This document shows, piece after piece, positions 62,935 to 64,000 of a DNA stretch of 64,000 nucleotides. Source of the DNA: Lama guanicoe (lineage: Eukaryota); the NCBI GenBank assembly GCA_013239625.1, contig MU056050.1, positions 6,085,366 to 6,149,365 on the forward strand, given 5' to 3'. Every line of letters starts with the position of its first letter. Position 1 is the first letter of the stretch. Both the position numbers and the translations under genes were made by a program. The notes beneath the pieces are model-generated. The model had not been told where the DNA came from. It was given only the letters and a program-made list of their open reading frames with translations, and made no database searches.

Positions 62935-63304
62935 TAGACATCTTTCTTTAGTCTCTAGTCCACAAGCTCTGCATTTGAGCAAGTAGTGAGGAGAACGCTA
63001 AGAAGCCAAAAGCAATGTCAAGCCAAGGGCAGCCTGCCACTGCTTCAGCTCCTCAAAGCTGACTTGCTTTGACACCTGCCTCTCTGTTGTCAAGGTAATA
63101 GGATTCTTCGAGTCCTAAGCAGATGGTGTATGTGGTTAGGATCCTCCTACCCATGTGGTTGAAGAAGAGTGCAGAGGAAAGTGTGAGATTGCTGAGCCCA
63201 GGCTGTATCAAAAGCCAGAGATAGTGACATGGAGTGGCCTTGACCCATCTCCCTGACGACTCCCTCTCCTAAGGACTATAAAGAAGAGAATACTGCTGGT
63301 GACT

Positions 63305-63335
63305 GCTACTAGCTACTAGCTACTAGCTACTAGCT
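63305..63335. repeat. (GCTACTA)4 heptamer tandem repeat
   Basis: seen directly. Confidence 0.9.
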
Positions 63336-63379
63336 TGCTGAATATACTCAGGGTAAATAACAAGAATCATAAGATTCCT

Positions 63380-63560
63380 TTAACCTTTACAGAGCTCCTG
63401 AAGTTCACAACAACACTGTGAGGGAGGTTGGGCAGAGATGATCACCCCACCTCATATTTGAGGAAACTGAGGCTTAAAGATGATATGTAGCTTAACCCTC
63501 ATCCTGCAAACATGAAAGGATAGAAATAGTATCCAATGCCAAGTCTGTCTAGATTCTACT
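63380..63560 (-). mobile_element. MIR SINE
   Basis: cacaacaacactgtgaggga...gaggaaactgaggcttaaaga. Confidence 0.7.
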
Positions 63561-64000
63561 CTGAAGTTTACCATGTGGGAAAAAAACAGAGTCATGAGGA
63601 GTGCCCCAGCACACGACCGTGTGATCTCCGGCTTCCTGTCAGTAGAATCCATGCCAAGAAACCGATAGACACTGATGCTGCATTTGCAAAGGGGACCAAG
63701 AATGACAAACTTAGTTGAAGGAAGTAGGAACTTTGATGCCTTATGCAACAAGTCCTCACCATGCTCTGAAGCTCCAAATAAAACTAGTAGAATTTAGCAG
63801 AACTAGCAGAACTGGGGATAAAAAAGAAGAAAATCCCATTCCTCAGTAAGAACTACCTTTCAGCAGGAGAACAGTCCTGGAAAAGGAATAAGCAGTGAAG
63901 AGAGTAGACTTAAAAGGTCTCCCTAGGCTTTAGAATTTAAAACAAAAACATACGTTCACTTAAATTTCATGTGAAAACATAGGAAGTCTTCAACCCAATA

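Noticed and set aside
1..64000. CRISPR arrays, operons, tRNA/rRNA/snRNA genes, processed pseudogenes of cellular genes
   Set aside because: None recognised on either strand; the only periodic arrays are simple tandem repeats without unique spacers.

Overview
Mammalian non-coding genomic DNA (AT-rich, CpG-depleted), intergenic or deep-intronic. I find no protein-coding gene, RNA gene or prokaryote-type system; nearly all ORFs in the track are chance ORFs or decayed transposon frames. Much of the window is interspersed repeat: MIR, L2, L3/CR1, old L1M, MaLR/ERVL LTRs, an ERV1-type solo LTR, hAT MITEs, Tigger elements including a near full-length decayed Tigger1, and about 11 lineage-restricted L1 3' ends. 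The L1 3'UTR type and the absence of Alu, B1, SINEC, ERE, CHR, Bov and PRE SINEs suggest a cetartiodactyl, most likely a camelid (inference). The most unusual structure is a three-piece L1 mosaic in a degenerate 12-bp minisatellite (34.8-39.9 kb). Other leads are candidate non-coding exons or recursive splice sites, repeat-free blocks resembling conserved enhancers, an LTR with GAS motifs and a tail-to-tail L2 hairpin. Subfamily names are from recalled consensus sequences and old-repeat boundaries are approximate. I see no evidence strong enough to claim a new biological system.
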